From positions 1,088,001-1,152,000 of the forward strand of contig CAXXSR010000001.1 in the NCBI GenBank assembly GCA_963662615.2: a DNA stretch of 64,000 nt, given 5' to 3'. Origin of the DNA: Dehalococcoidia bacterium (lineage in GTDB: Bacteria > Chloroflexota > Dehalococcoidia > Bin125). Both the position numbers and the translations under genes were made by a program. Shown in pieces: positions 1 through 8,014 of this stretch; positions within the stretch are counted from its first letter, which is position 1; each line of letters opens with the position of its first letter. Under the pieces are notes generated by a model. It was not told the origin of the DNA. It made no database searches and saw only the letters and a list, made by a program, of their open reading frames with translations.

Positions 1-633
1 GAAGCCCTGATAGTCCGATTCCGATCGCACCCCTGCCTGCCGCAGGTGACGTGAAGCAATGTAGGCGAAACGCTCCCAGTCCGGGGCATGCTCGGTCACA
101 CTGGCGCTCACGTCCCGCCACTTCTCCAGCGTGGCCCGATCGACGAACCCCGCATCGATCTCGACGGCCGTCGCGAACAGAGCGTCGCGAACGGCCAGCA
201 TCGTCTCCTGGTCCTCGCGTTCGCGCCGGTCCAGTTCGTATTGCAGGATCCGGTCGAGCAGATTCGCCCGTTCGCTGCCCCCCAACGCGGAGCGCACGCC
301 GAAGTGGGGGCGGTACACCTGGGTGATGTACAGCTGATCCATGATCAGGTGCGTGACGAAGCCGCAGGCCCAGGCGCAGGTGCTGCTGCTCAAGTTCGCG
401 GGGTCGCGCAGGTGCGGATGCGCGGCGAAGAACGCTCCCACGCTGTCCTGATGCCCTTCTTCGCGCAGATCAAAAAAGTGCGTGCGCTCGCGTTCCCAGC
501 GCGTCAGGACGCGGATGTCCGGCGTGGTGGCGCCCAACAAAAATTCGCCCGACCGCTCCTCCAGCAGGGGCGCGTCAATGAGCGCCCCCGCACGGCGCGC
601 CGTCACCATGTGCGACACGAGCGGTGGCACCAT
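1..633 (-). CDS. Zinc-dependent phospholipase C-like protein (3' end runs off the window; not in the ORF track)
   Basis: Manual translation from 633: MVPPLVSHMV...FLLGATTPDIRV...RERTHFF...GFVTHLIMDQLYITQVYRP, open to position 1. The N-terminal His, GxxxPD, THF and HLxxD motifs are typical of the Zn-dependent PLC family. Confidence 0.7.
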   Translation of the reverse strand, partial: MVPPLVSHMVTARRAGALIDAPLLEERSGEFLLGATTPDIRVLTRWERERTHFFDLREEGHQDSVGAFFAAHPHLRDPANLSSSTCAWACGFVTHLIMDQLYITQVYRPHFGVRSALGGSERANLLDRILQYELDRREREDQETMLAVRDALFATAVEIDAGFVDRATLEKWRDVSASVTEHAPDWERFAYIASRHLRQAGVRSESDYQGF

Positions 634-636
634 TGT

Positions 637-802
637 CCTCGCAGACGACGACCTCGCAGCCGGTGACCTCGCAGCTGCACTCGCGGAAGGGCCCGCGCCC
701 GCCCGCGTGCGCACCAGTGTACATGCGGGGGTTCGCCACTGCGTCCACAGATACAGCGTCCATCGACACGGCGTCCACCAATACGGCGTCCACCTATACT
801 GC
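637..802. repeat. Two degenerate 15-nt tandem arrays in the divergent intergenic region
   Basis: GCAGacgacGACCTC-like x2-3 at 637-687; ACNGCGTCCAYNNAY x4 at 738-797, ending in TATACT (795-800). Confidence 0.8.
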
Positions 803-878
803 AACGAAATTGACCTCCAGACGCGGGGCGGGCCACTGTGACGCCCGTGTGCTCAGGCACCACGAAGGGAGTTGCCGC

Positions 879-2399
879 GTGCGCTCGCCTGTCGCCCCCC
901 GTTCCGGCGTCCCACGTCACAGGCGCCCGCCGCGGGCGCTCCTCTTCGGCCTCGTCGCGGTCGCCGGCTTGCTCCTCTTCGCCTGCGGCGACGACGTCCC
1001 CCGCCGCGCCGTGCACCTCTCCGAACTCGACAACGACATCGGCCCGGTGACGGCCAACTTCGTTGACCGCGCCCTCGATCACGCCGAGAACCATGACGCC
1101 GCCGCCTGGATCCTCCTCCTCGACACGCCCGGCGGCCTCGTCACCGCCACCGACGACATCGTCCAGCGCATCGCGAAGGCAACCGTGCCTGTGGCGGTCT
1201 ACGTCAGCCCCGCCGGCGCCCGCGCCGCCTCCGCCGGCACCTTCATCACCATGGCCGCGCACGTCGCCGCCATGGCGCCCAGCACACAGATCGGCGCGGC
1301 CACGCCGGTGGGCGCGGGCGGCGCGGACATTGAGGGCTCCTTGGGCCGCAAGATCCTCAACGACGCCTCCGCCGACATTCGCGCCATCGCCCAGCTGCGC
1401 GAGCGCAACCAGGAATGGGCCGAAAGCGCGGTCCGCGAAGCGGTCTCCGCCACCGCGGAGGAGGCCGTCGAGCTCAACGTCGTCGACCTCGTCGCCACCG
1501 ACGTCACGGATCTCCTCGCCCAGATCGACGGGCGCAGCATCGTCCTCGCCGGCTTCGTCGCGGGCGAGCCCGCCGGCCCCGCCCTCACGATTCGCACCCG
1601 CGGCGCGCCCATCGTTGAGACCAACATGAACTTCTTTGAGAACGTGTTGGACTTCGTGGCGGACCCCAACATCGCCTTCCTGCTCATTACCCTCGGTGGT
1701 CTCGCCTTGGTGATCGAGCTGTTCTCGCCGGGCCTCCTCGGCCCCGGCATCTTCGGTGTGATCGCGCTCCTGCTCGGTTTCTTCGCCTTGGGCAGCCTGG
1801 ACACCAACCCGGCCGGGCTCGCCCTGCTCGCCATCGCCCTCGTCCTCATCGTCGCGGAGATCTTCGTGGCCGGCTTCGGAGTGCTCGGGATCGGCGGGAT
1901 CATCGCCCTCTTCTTCGGCGGCCTCTTGCTGATCAGCGACTCCCCCAACGCCGAAAAGGTCTCGCTCTGGCTTCTCTTCGCTGTCGTAGCCGCCGTCGCC
2001 GCCACGGTCCTCGCCCTCTTCCTCCTGATCGTGAGCGACCGCCGCAAGCAGAAGGTGGCCACCAGCCTCGCCGACCGTATGGTCGGGCAGACGGGCGTCG
2101 TCCGCTCCACTCTCGACCCCGTAGGTACCGCGCTCGTCGGCTCCGAACTCTGGACCGCCCGCAGCGAGGGCGGATCCCTCCCCGCCGAGACCCCCGTCCG
2201 CGTTGTCGGCGTCGACGGTCTCCGCCTCCTCGTCGAGGCCCCCGCGGCTGCCGAGGGCAGCCAGGACTCCGAAGACACTCCGGACACCGAAGACACCGTC
2301 GCGCCACCGTCCCCGCCCGACGCGCCGCCGCTCGAGCGCCCGCCGGGGTCCAGCGCCGCTAGGGAGGGGTCGGAGAAGCCGCCGGCGGACGCAGGCTGA
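879..2399 (+). CDS. nfeD: NfeD family membrane-bound serine protease (long form)
   Basis: LDTPGG, AASAG, IGAATPV and RKILND motifs, TM block and C-terminal OB fold (GELWTA-like SELWTA). GTG at 879 follows GAAGGGA. Confidence 0.9.
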   Translation: MRSPVAPRSGVPRHRRPPRALLFGLVAVAGLLLFACGDDVPRRAVHLSELDNDIGPVTANFVDRALDHAENHDAAAWILLLDTPGGLVTATDDIVQRIAKATVPVAVYVSPAGARAASAGTFITMAAHVAAMAPSTQIGAATPVGAGGADIEGSLGRKILNDASADIRAIAQLRERNQEWAESAVREAVSATAEEAVELNVVDLVATDVTDLLAQIDGRSIVLAGFVAGEPAGPALTIRTRGAPIVETNMNFFENVLDFVADPNIAFLLITLGGLALVIELFSPGLLGPGIFGVIALLLGFFALGSLDTNPAGLALLAIALVLIVAEIFVAGFGVLGIGGIIALFFGGLLLISDSPNAEKVSLWLLFAVVAAVAATVLALFLLIVSDRRKQKVATSLADRMVGQTGVVRSTLDPVGTALVGSELWTARSEGGSLPAETPVRVVGVDGLRLLVEAPAAAEGSQDSEDTPDTEDTVAPPSPPDAPPLERPPGSSAAREGSEKPPADAG

Positions 2400-3165
2400 C
2401 CTCACCGGCAAGAAAGCGTCGCCGCTCCCCCGTCTCCAGGCGCACCACCAGCGCCCCCTCCTCCGTCACGTCCTCGGCCACCCCCTCCACCACACCACCG
2501 GCCTGGTCCGCCAGGCTGACGGGCCGTCCCAGCGTCTCCAGCCGTGCCCGCCACCCCTGCAGCAGCGCCGGCGTGGTGGCACCGTCGTAGGCCCGTTCAA
2601 AGGCGTTCAGCGTCGCCGCCAGGATCGGCTCGCGCGCCAGCGGCCTGCCCCGCTCCAGCGCCAGGCTCGTGGCCGGTCCCTCAATGGCGCCGCCGAACGC
2701 GCCGGGGTCGAAGTTGACGTTGATGCCAATCCCCACCAGCGCGAAGCGCGGCCGCCCCCCCACCCACTCGCTCTCCACCAAGATGCCCACGAACTTCTTG
2801 CCCCGCAGGTGCAGGTCGTTCGGCCACTTGATCCGCGGGTAAAGGTTGACCACCTGCTCCACCGCGTTCGCGACCGCCACCGCCGTCAGTATGCTCAGCC
2901 GCTGCAATCGCGCCGCCGAAGGCCGCACCACGATGGTGAAGTAGAGGTTTTGCCCCCCCGGGGAGACCCAGGACCGGCCGCGCGTCCCCCGGCCCCGGCT
3001 CTGCTCCTCCGCGATGACGACGGTGCCCGTCGGCGCTCCGTCCTCCGCGGCGGCGCGAGCGTCGTCCATCGTCGACGTGGTGCGCAGGCGATAGATCAGC
3101 CGCCGCCCCACCCGCCGCGTGCGCAGGTCCTCGGCCACGGCCTTGCGGCTCAGTCGGACTCCCAC
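2359..3165 (-). CDS. birA: Biotin--[acetyl-CoA-carboxylase] ligase
   Basis: STMD, QSRGRGTRGRSW, KWPND and KKFVGIL motifs. Likely leaderless GTG at 3165, 6 nt after a TACCGT -10. Confidence 0.93.
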   Translation of the reverse strand: MGVRLSRKAVAEDLRTRRVGRRLIYRLRTTSTMDDARAAAEDGAPTGTVVIAEEQSRGRGTRGRSWVSPGGQNLYFTIVVRPSAARLQRLSILTAVAVANAVEQVVNLYPRIKWPNDLHLRGKKFVGILVESEWVGGRPRFALVGIGINVNFDPGAFGGAIEGPATSLALERGRPLAREPILAATLNAFERAYDGATTPALLQGWRARLETLGRPVSLADQAGGVVEGVAEDVTEEGALVVRLETGERRRFLAGEVSLRPPAASPTPP

Positions 3166-3219
3166 GCCCCCACGGTAGGCCGCATCACTGTGCGGAGCGA
3201 AACCGTGCGCAACGCGAGC

Positions 3220-3253
3220 AAAGAGCAAGCCCCCGGCTCGCGCCGGGGGCTTG
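3220..3253 (-). terminator. Intrinsic terminator hairpin
   Basis: Perfect 12-bp stem CAAGCCCCCGGC/GCCGGGGGCTTG with a 4-nt loop, followed by CTCTTT on the minus strand. Confidence 0.75.
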
Positions 3254-3279
3254 TCAGATTTCGTGCCCAGGTGATGCTC

Positions 3280-3348
3280 CTAGGACTCACCCACCTCCTT
3301 CGATGCGCGGTCGTCGGCTCCATCCCTGGGCAGCAAACTATGTCCCAA
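3280..3348 (-). CDS. Putative 22-aa peptide MGHSLLPRDGADDRASKEVGES
   Basis: TTG start 5 nt after a 12-nt perfect SD; TAG stop at 3282-3280. Confidence 0.4.
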   Translation of the reverse strand: MGHSLLPRDGADDRASKEVGES

Positions 3349-3661
3349 GTCGCATCACCTCCTTTCCTGCTCTCCAGTGTACCAGGCCTTCCTGATCCCC
3401 ACTATGGCGGCAAAGACCTGCCCCCCAATGGCTGGGAGGGACCGCCTCCGGTAGGCGCTGGCGTCGGCCCGCCCGCTCCGATGCCGAGCGACCCGAAACC
3501 GCGGCGATTACCCGAAATTGTTCGACGGCTTGGCTGACCTGCTCAAGCCTCTCCTGATAAACCGCTTAGGGTTTGATCGATCTCGTACATGACGAGGGCC
3601 CTATGAAAAGCCGTACGAAAAACTACACGCCTTGGGATTGTCAAGGTCGCGATGCTGGGGA

Positions 3662-3970
3662 CTACATCTCCATCACTTCGGCGACTTCAACTGTGCCCAT
3701 TTCAAGGAACGGGCACCCCTTCACCATTGCAACAGCAGCATCCATGCTGTCGGCTTTCACGATAGAAAAACCCATCAAGGGATTCGACCCACCATCGTCT
3801 GAGACGCCACCGGAGCTTACGGTCTTAGCCTTTCCCAAGGGAGTACCGGGGTTGACCACGGCATCCCCCAGGCCGCCGACCCAGGATTCGAATCTCGCCT
3901 TTTGTTTGGCTCCCTCTTCAGGGCTCTCAGGCATTTTCCCACCGTGATAGGCAAGGACGTATTCAGACAT
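3662..3970 (-). CDS. YciI-like protein
   Basis: MSEYVLAYHGG...W...G...VNPGTPLG...GFSIVKADSMDAAV...CP...GTVEV pattern. Visibly lower GC than the neighbours. Confidence 0.8.
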   Translation of the reverse strand: MSEYVLAYHGGKMPESPEEGAKQKARFESWVGGLGDAVVNPGTPLGKAKTVSSGGVSDDGGSNPLMGFSIVKADSMDAAVAMVKGCPFLEMGTVEVAEVMEM

Positions 3971-4036
3971 CGATCTCCTCTTTCTCATTTGCAGTTCGTA
4001 AGACGCTCTAGTTTCCGAACCAACGATCGTGAGGTC

Positions 4037-5386
4037 TTACAGATTGCCCGTCACCTCTTTGACCCCCTCCTCCACGATGGTGAGGATCGCGTCCACCTCC
4101 TCCGCCGTCGCCACCAGCGGTGGCGCCAGCACGAAGGAGTCCCCGCGAATGCGCGTGATCAGACCCCGACGTTGGCAGGCGTTCCGCAGCCGCACGCCCA
4201 TGCGCATCTCCTCGTCGAAGGGGACGTCGTTCTCGGGATCTTGCAGTAGGTCCAGGCCGCACATGAAGCCCAGCCCCCGCACATTGCCCACGTAGCGGTT
4301 CTCGCCGAGCAGCATCAGCCCGTTCAGAAGCTGCTCGCCCCGTGCCGCAGCGTTCTCCACCAGCCCCTCCTCTTCGATGATGGCGAGGTTGCGCAGCGCC
4401 ACCGCCGCCGCAACGGCGTGACCCGAGTTCGTATAGCCGTGCATGAACTTGACGCTGGGGTCGGCGCCGGTGATCGTCTCGAACACCTCCCGCGACCACA
4501 CCGACGCCCCCAGCGGCATGTACGCGCTCGTGATCGCCTTCGACACCGACATCAGGTCCGGCAGCACCCCAAAGTGCTCCAGCGCGAACCACCTCCCCGT
4601 GCGGCCGAAGCCCGTGATCACTTCGTCCGCGATCAGGAGCACCTCGTAGCGGTCGCAGACCTCGCGTAGCTGACGGAAGTAATCCGGCGGCGGCGGGTGG
4701 ACGCCACCGCCGCCCTGCACCGGCTCCGCGATCACCGCCGCCACCGTCTCCGGCCCCTCTCGCTCGATCGTCTCCGCAATGTTGTCAACATTGTTGTTGC
4801 CGGGATCAATGCGCGCCCCGCCGCTCGGCATCGGCTCCACGCTCGCCGCCGGCACGATCTCGTGTACCCGCGGTTCAAAATTGGGGTAATACATGGACAT
4901 CCCCGTCGCCGACATGCAGGCCAGGGTCGTCCCGTGGTACCCCTCCACCCGGCTGATCACCTTGACCTTCCCCGGCCGCCCCTTCATTGCCCAGTAGAAA
5001 CGCGCCGTCTTAAAGCTGGTCTCGTTTGAATCCGCGCCCGAGGTGCCGAAAAACACCGCCTGCATGTTGTCGTAGGCCAGCTCCACCAGCTTGGCCGCCA
5101 GCTCAATGGCCGGCTCGTTGCTGGAGCCCACGTAACTGCTGTTGAAGGCCAGCCGCTCCATCTGCCGCGCGGCGGCCTCCGCCAGCTCTCGGCGCCCGTG
5201 CCCCACCGCCACGTTCCACAGCGAGGAGAGGCCGTCAATGTAGCGCTGCCCGTCGTGCCCGTAGAGGTAGATCCCTTCCCCTCGCTCGTACAGCAGCGGC
5301 TCCTGGTGATCGCTGGGATGGGAGAGCGGATGCACCCAGTGGGCGAGATCTTTCCGCACCAGCTCCCGGTACCGTGCATCGTCCAT
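4037..5386 (-). CDS. Class III PLP-dependent aminotransferase (omega-amino acid/diamine type)
   Basis: YIDGLSSLWNVAVGHG, GYHG, AEPVQGGGG, LIADEVITGFGRTG and the PLP lysine in SKAITS. Confidence 0.92.
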   Translation of the reverse strand: MDDARYRELVRKDLAHWVHPLSHPSDHQEPLLYERGEGIYLYGHDGQRYIDGLSSLWNVAVGHGRRELAEAAARQMERLAFNSSYVGSSNEPAIELAAKLVELAYDNMQAVFFGTSGADSNETSFKTARFYWAMKGRPGKVKVISRVEGYHGTTLACMSATGMSMYYPNFEPRVHEIVPAASVEPMPSGGARIDPGNNNVDNIAETIEREGPETVAAVIAEPVQGGGGVHPPPPDYFRQLREVCDRYEVLLIADEVITGFGRTGRWFALEHFGVLPDLMSVSKAITSAYMPLGASVWSREVFETITGADPSVKFMHGYTNSGHAVAAAVALRNLAIIEEEGLVENAAARGEQLLNGLMLLGENRYVGNVRGLGFMCGLDLLQDPENDVPFDEEMRMGVRLRNACQRRGLITRIRGDSFVLAPPLVATAEEVDAILTIVEEGVKEVTGNL

Positions 5387-5422
5387 GCTGAGTCCTTCCT
5401 TGCGATCCACCCTCGACGGCGA

Positions 5423-7024
5423 TCAGCCCTGCCGCCCCGCCAGCAGCTCCCGCGCGACCGCCCGATCATCCCACGGCTCCACCGTCTCGCCAACGATGAG
5501 CGTCTGCTCCGCGCCCTTCCCGGCGATCAGCACGTAATCCCCCGCCGAGGCCAGCATGAACGCCCGCCCGATTGCCCGTCGGCGGTCGGGCTCCTCCTCG
5601 AAATCGGCGCCCGCCTGGCGTCCTGCCGCCTCCATCGCCTTCGCGATCTCCCGCACGATCGCCGCCGGATCCTCCGAGCGCGGATTCTCACTGGTGAGCA
5701 CCGCGTAGTCGGCGAACTCCGCCGCCGCCGCTCCCATCCCGCCGCGCCGGCCCGGGTCGCGCTCCCCCGCGCAGCCGAAGACAACGATCAGCCGGCCCTG
5801 CACCAGCGCTCTCACCTCCGCCAACACCACGCCAAACGCCGCCGCCGTCGCGGCCGCATCCACCACCACCGTGAACGGTTGCCCCGCCTCGATCCGCTCC
5901 ATCCGGCCCGGCACCTCGCGCAGTTGGCCAATCCCCCGCGCCATCGCCTCCGGCCCCACACCCAGCGCCCAGCAAGCGCCCGCCGCCGACAGCGCATTGC
6001 GCACGTTGAAGCGCCCCGGCAGCGCCAGCCGCGCCGTGGCGGCGCCCGCCCGCGTCGCGATCCGGAACTCGGAGCGCTCCACCTCCAGCACCACGTCCCC
6101 CGCCGATACGTCCAGCTCGCCGCCATTGACGCCACCTCGGCCGTTGAAACCCCCGCCGTCGAAGCCAACGCGGACCATTGCGGCCGAGGTGGCGGCCCCC
6201 ACGGCTTCGGCATACGGGTCGTCGGCATGGACCACGCCGCGCTTCGGGGTCCCCTTCGCCACGGACGTATCCAGCGCCTGGAACAGGCGCAGCTTTGCCG
6301 CCAGGTACTCCTCGCGCGTCTTGTGGAAATCCAGATGGTCGTCGCTGAGGCCGGTAAAGACGCCCACGTCGTACTCGCAACCGTCCAGACGGTGCAGCGC
6401 CAGCCCGTGCGACGTCGACTCGATCACCGCGTACGTTACCCCCGCCGCCACCATCTCCGCCAGCAGCGACTGCACCTGCGGCGCTTCTGGGCTGCTCTGC
6501 GTGATCGTGTTCATGCGCCACTCGTCGCCCACCTTGAACTGCACGCCACCGATGATCCCGGTGCGCCGGCCCGCCGCCTCCAATATTGACGATGTCAAGT
6601 AGCAGGTCGTGCTCTTGCCGTCCGTGCCCGTCACCCCCACCACGGTGAGACGGCGCGCCGGGAAGCCGTGGAACGCCGCCGACAGGGCCGCCAGCGCGAC
6701 GCGCGTATCGGCGACCTCCACGACGCTGACGTCGTCGCGCCCGAGCAACGGTTCCCACTGCGCTCGACGGTCGCTCTGCACCACGACGGCCTGGGCCCCG
6801 GCCGCCACGACCGCGTCCAAGAAGCTGTGCCCGTCCACGTGAAAGCCCGGCACGGCCACGAAACAGGCGCCGGCTTGCAGGTCACGGGAATCCTGACTGA
6901 TCTGGGTCACGGCGCCACCACTGGCGACACCGCGGGCGCCACCGCGGGCGACACCGCCCTGGGGGCCGTGCTGCGCCTTGACGGGCGTGGCCTCCAGCAG
7001 GGCGGCAAGAGTACGATCCGTCAC
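5423..7024 (-). CDS. murE: MurE-like UDP-MurNAc-peptide ligase (divergent C-terminal domain)
   Basis: DSR, GVTGTDGKSTT P-loop, ESTSHGL, DHLDFH, VPGRME, FGCAGERD, SENPR and AGKG motifs. Confidence 0.85.
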   Translation of the reverse strand: MTDRTLAALLEATPVKAQHGPQGGVARGGARGVASGGAVTQISQDSRDLQAGACFVAVPGFHVDGHSFLDAVVAAGAQAVVVQSDRRAQWEPLLGRDDVSVVEVADTRVALAALSAAFHGFPARRLTVVGVTGTDGKSTTCYLTSSILEAAGRRTGIIGGVQFKVGDEWRMNTITQSSPEAPQVQSLLAEMVAAGVTYAVIESTSHGLALHRLDGCEYDVGVFTGLSDDHLDFHKTREEYLAAKLRLFQALDTSVAKGTPKRGVVHADDPYAEAVGAATSAAMVRVGFDGGGFNGRGGVNGGELDVSAGDVVLEVERSEFRIATRAGAATARLALPGRFNVRNALSAAGACWALGVGPEAMARGIGQLREVPGRMERIEAGQPFTVVVDAAATAAAFGVVLAEVRALVQGRLIVVFGCAGERDPGRRGGMGAAAAEFADYAVLTSENPRSEDPAAIVREIAKAMEAAGRQAGADFEEEPDRRRAIGRAFMLASAGDYVLIAGKGAEQTLIVGETVEPWDDRAVARELLAGRQG

Positions 7025-7112
7025 GCGCCGCTCCCCTCACCAGAGCAGCATCGCGCCCCCTGCAGGGCGTCGCAACGGCGGGGGTGGCACGGCGCGACGG
7101 CACTCGAGGTCG

Positions 7113-7519
7113 TGGCGGCCAGGCGACCTGTAAGCCGAGTTCTGTATCCCTCCCGCCGTGCCCGCCCGCCGTTGCCGGCGCGCGGGAGCAGGAAGGACGG
7201 TGGCCATCTCTCTACGACGACGGTTACCCGCCGCCTCCAGCGACCTACCCGAGGGCGGAGTGAGGCGCTCCCTGGCCCTCCTATTTGGTCTTGCTCCGGG
7301 CGGGGCTTGCCCAGCCGGCCGGTCACCCGACCGCTGGTGCGCTCTTACCGCACCATTTCACCCTTACCCTCCCCGAATAGGAAGGGCGGTATGTTTCTGT
7401 GGCGCTATCCGTGAGGTCGCCCTCCCTGGGAGTTACCCAGCGCCCTGCCTCAATGGAGCTCGGACTTTCCTCGACCCTTCCTCGCAGGAAGGGCCGCGAC
7501 CACCCGGTCGCCTGGCCGC
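7113..7519 (-). ncRNA. rnpB: RNase P RNA (bacterial type A)
   Basis: GAGGAAAGTCCGAGCTCC, AGCGCCACAGAAA, GGTAAGAGCGCACC, GGAGCAAG and ACAGAACTCGGCTTA conserved regions. P1 helix GCGGCCAGGCGACC/GGTCGCCTGGCCGC; TAGGAT -10 6 nt upstream. Confidence 0.97.
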
Positions 7520-7557
7520 ACGTCGATCCTACTACGTCGCGCCCACAGCTCCGGCAG

Positions 7558-7971
7558 CTACAGCACTTGCGACAGCCGTCCGTCCAGCGCCGCGTTCGCC
7601 AGCGCGTCGGCGCGCGCGTTCTCGGCGCGCGGCACATGCTGGACGCTGAAGCCCTCCAGCCGCTCAATGAGCGCGGAGAGTCGCGCGAAGAGCGGCTTCA
7701 ACTTCGCGTTGCGAACGCGGTAGCGCCCCTCCAACTGTCGCACCAGCAGCTCGGAATCCAAATTTAATTCCAGGGCGGTTGCGCCCAGGGCCAGCGCCGC
7801 CTCAACGGCGGCGATGGCGCCTCGGTACTCAGCGACGTTATTGGTGGCGCGGCCAATGGCCTCCGCCAGAGCCCGCAGCTCCCCGCCGTTCTCGTCCAGC
7901 ACCGACACCCCGTAGGCGGCCGGTCCGGGATTGCCGCGGGCGGCGCCGTCGGCGTAGGCGATCAGGCGCAC
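7558..7971 (-). CDS. rnhA: Ribonuclease HI (RNase_HI_like)
   Basis: YADGAARGNPG, TNNVAEY, DSELLVRQ and ENARADALAN motifs. Confidence 0.93.
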   Translation of the reverse strand: MRLIAYADGAARGNPGPAAYGVSVLDENGGELRALAEAIGRATNNVAEYRGAIAAVEAALALGATALELNLDSELLVRQLEGRYRVRNAKLKPLFARLSALIERLEGFSVQHVPRAENARADALANAALDGRLSQVL

Positions 7972-8014
7972 GGTGCACTGCCTCGCGCTGCGCCGCCCGC
8001 GCTGCCGCGTGGGA

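Larger units (their letters stand above)
3220..3371 (-). ncRNA. Candidate small structured RNA / small-ORF transcript with two strong SD sequences
   Basis: Extended -10 TGgTACACT (3384-3376); AAAGGAGGTGAT at 3365-3354; GAAGGAGGTG at 3301-3292; internal complementarities; terminator at the 3' end. Confidence 0.55.

Noticed and set aside
3354-3365. ATCACCTCCTTT as the 3' end of a 16S rRNA gene
   Set aside because: No other rRNA sequence upstream; the context fits a minus-strand SD.
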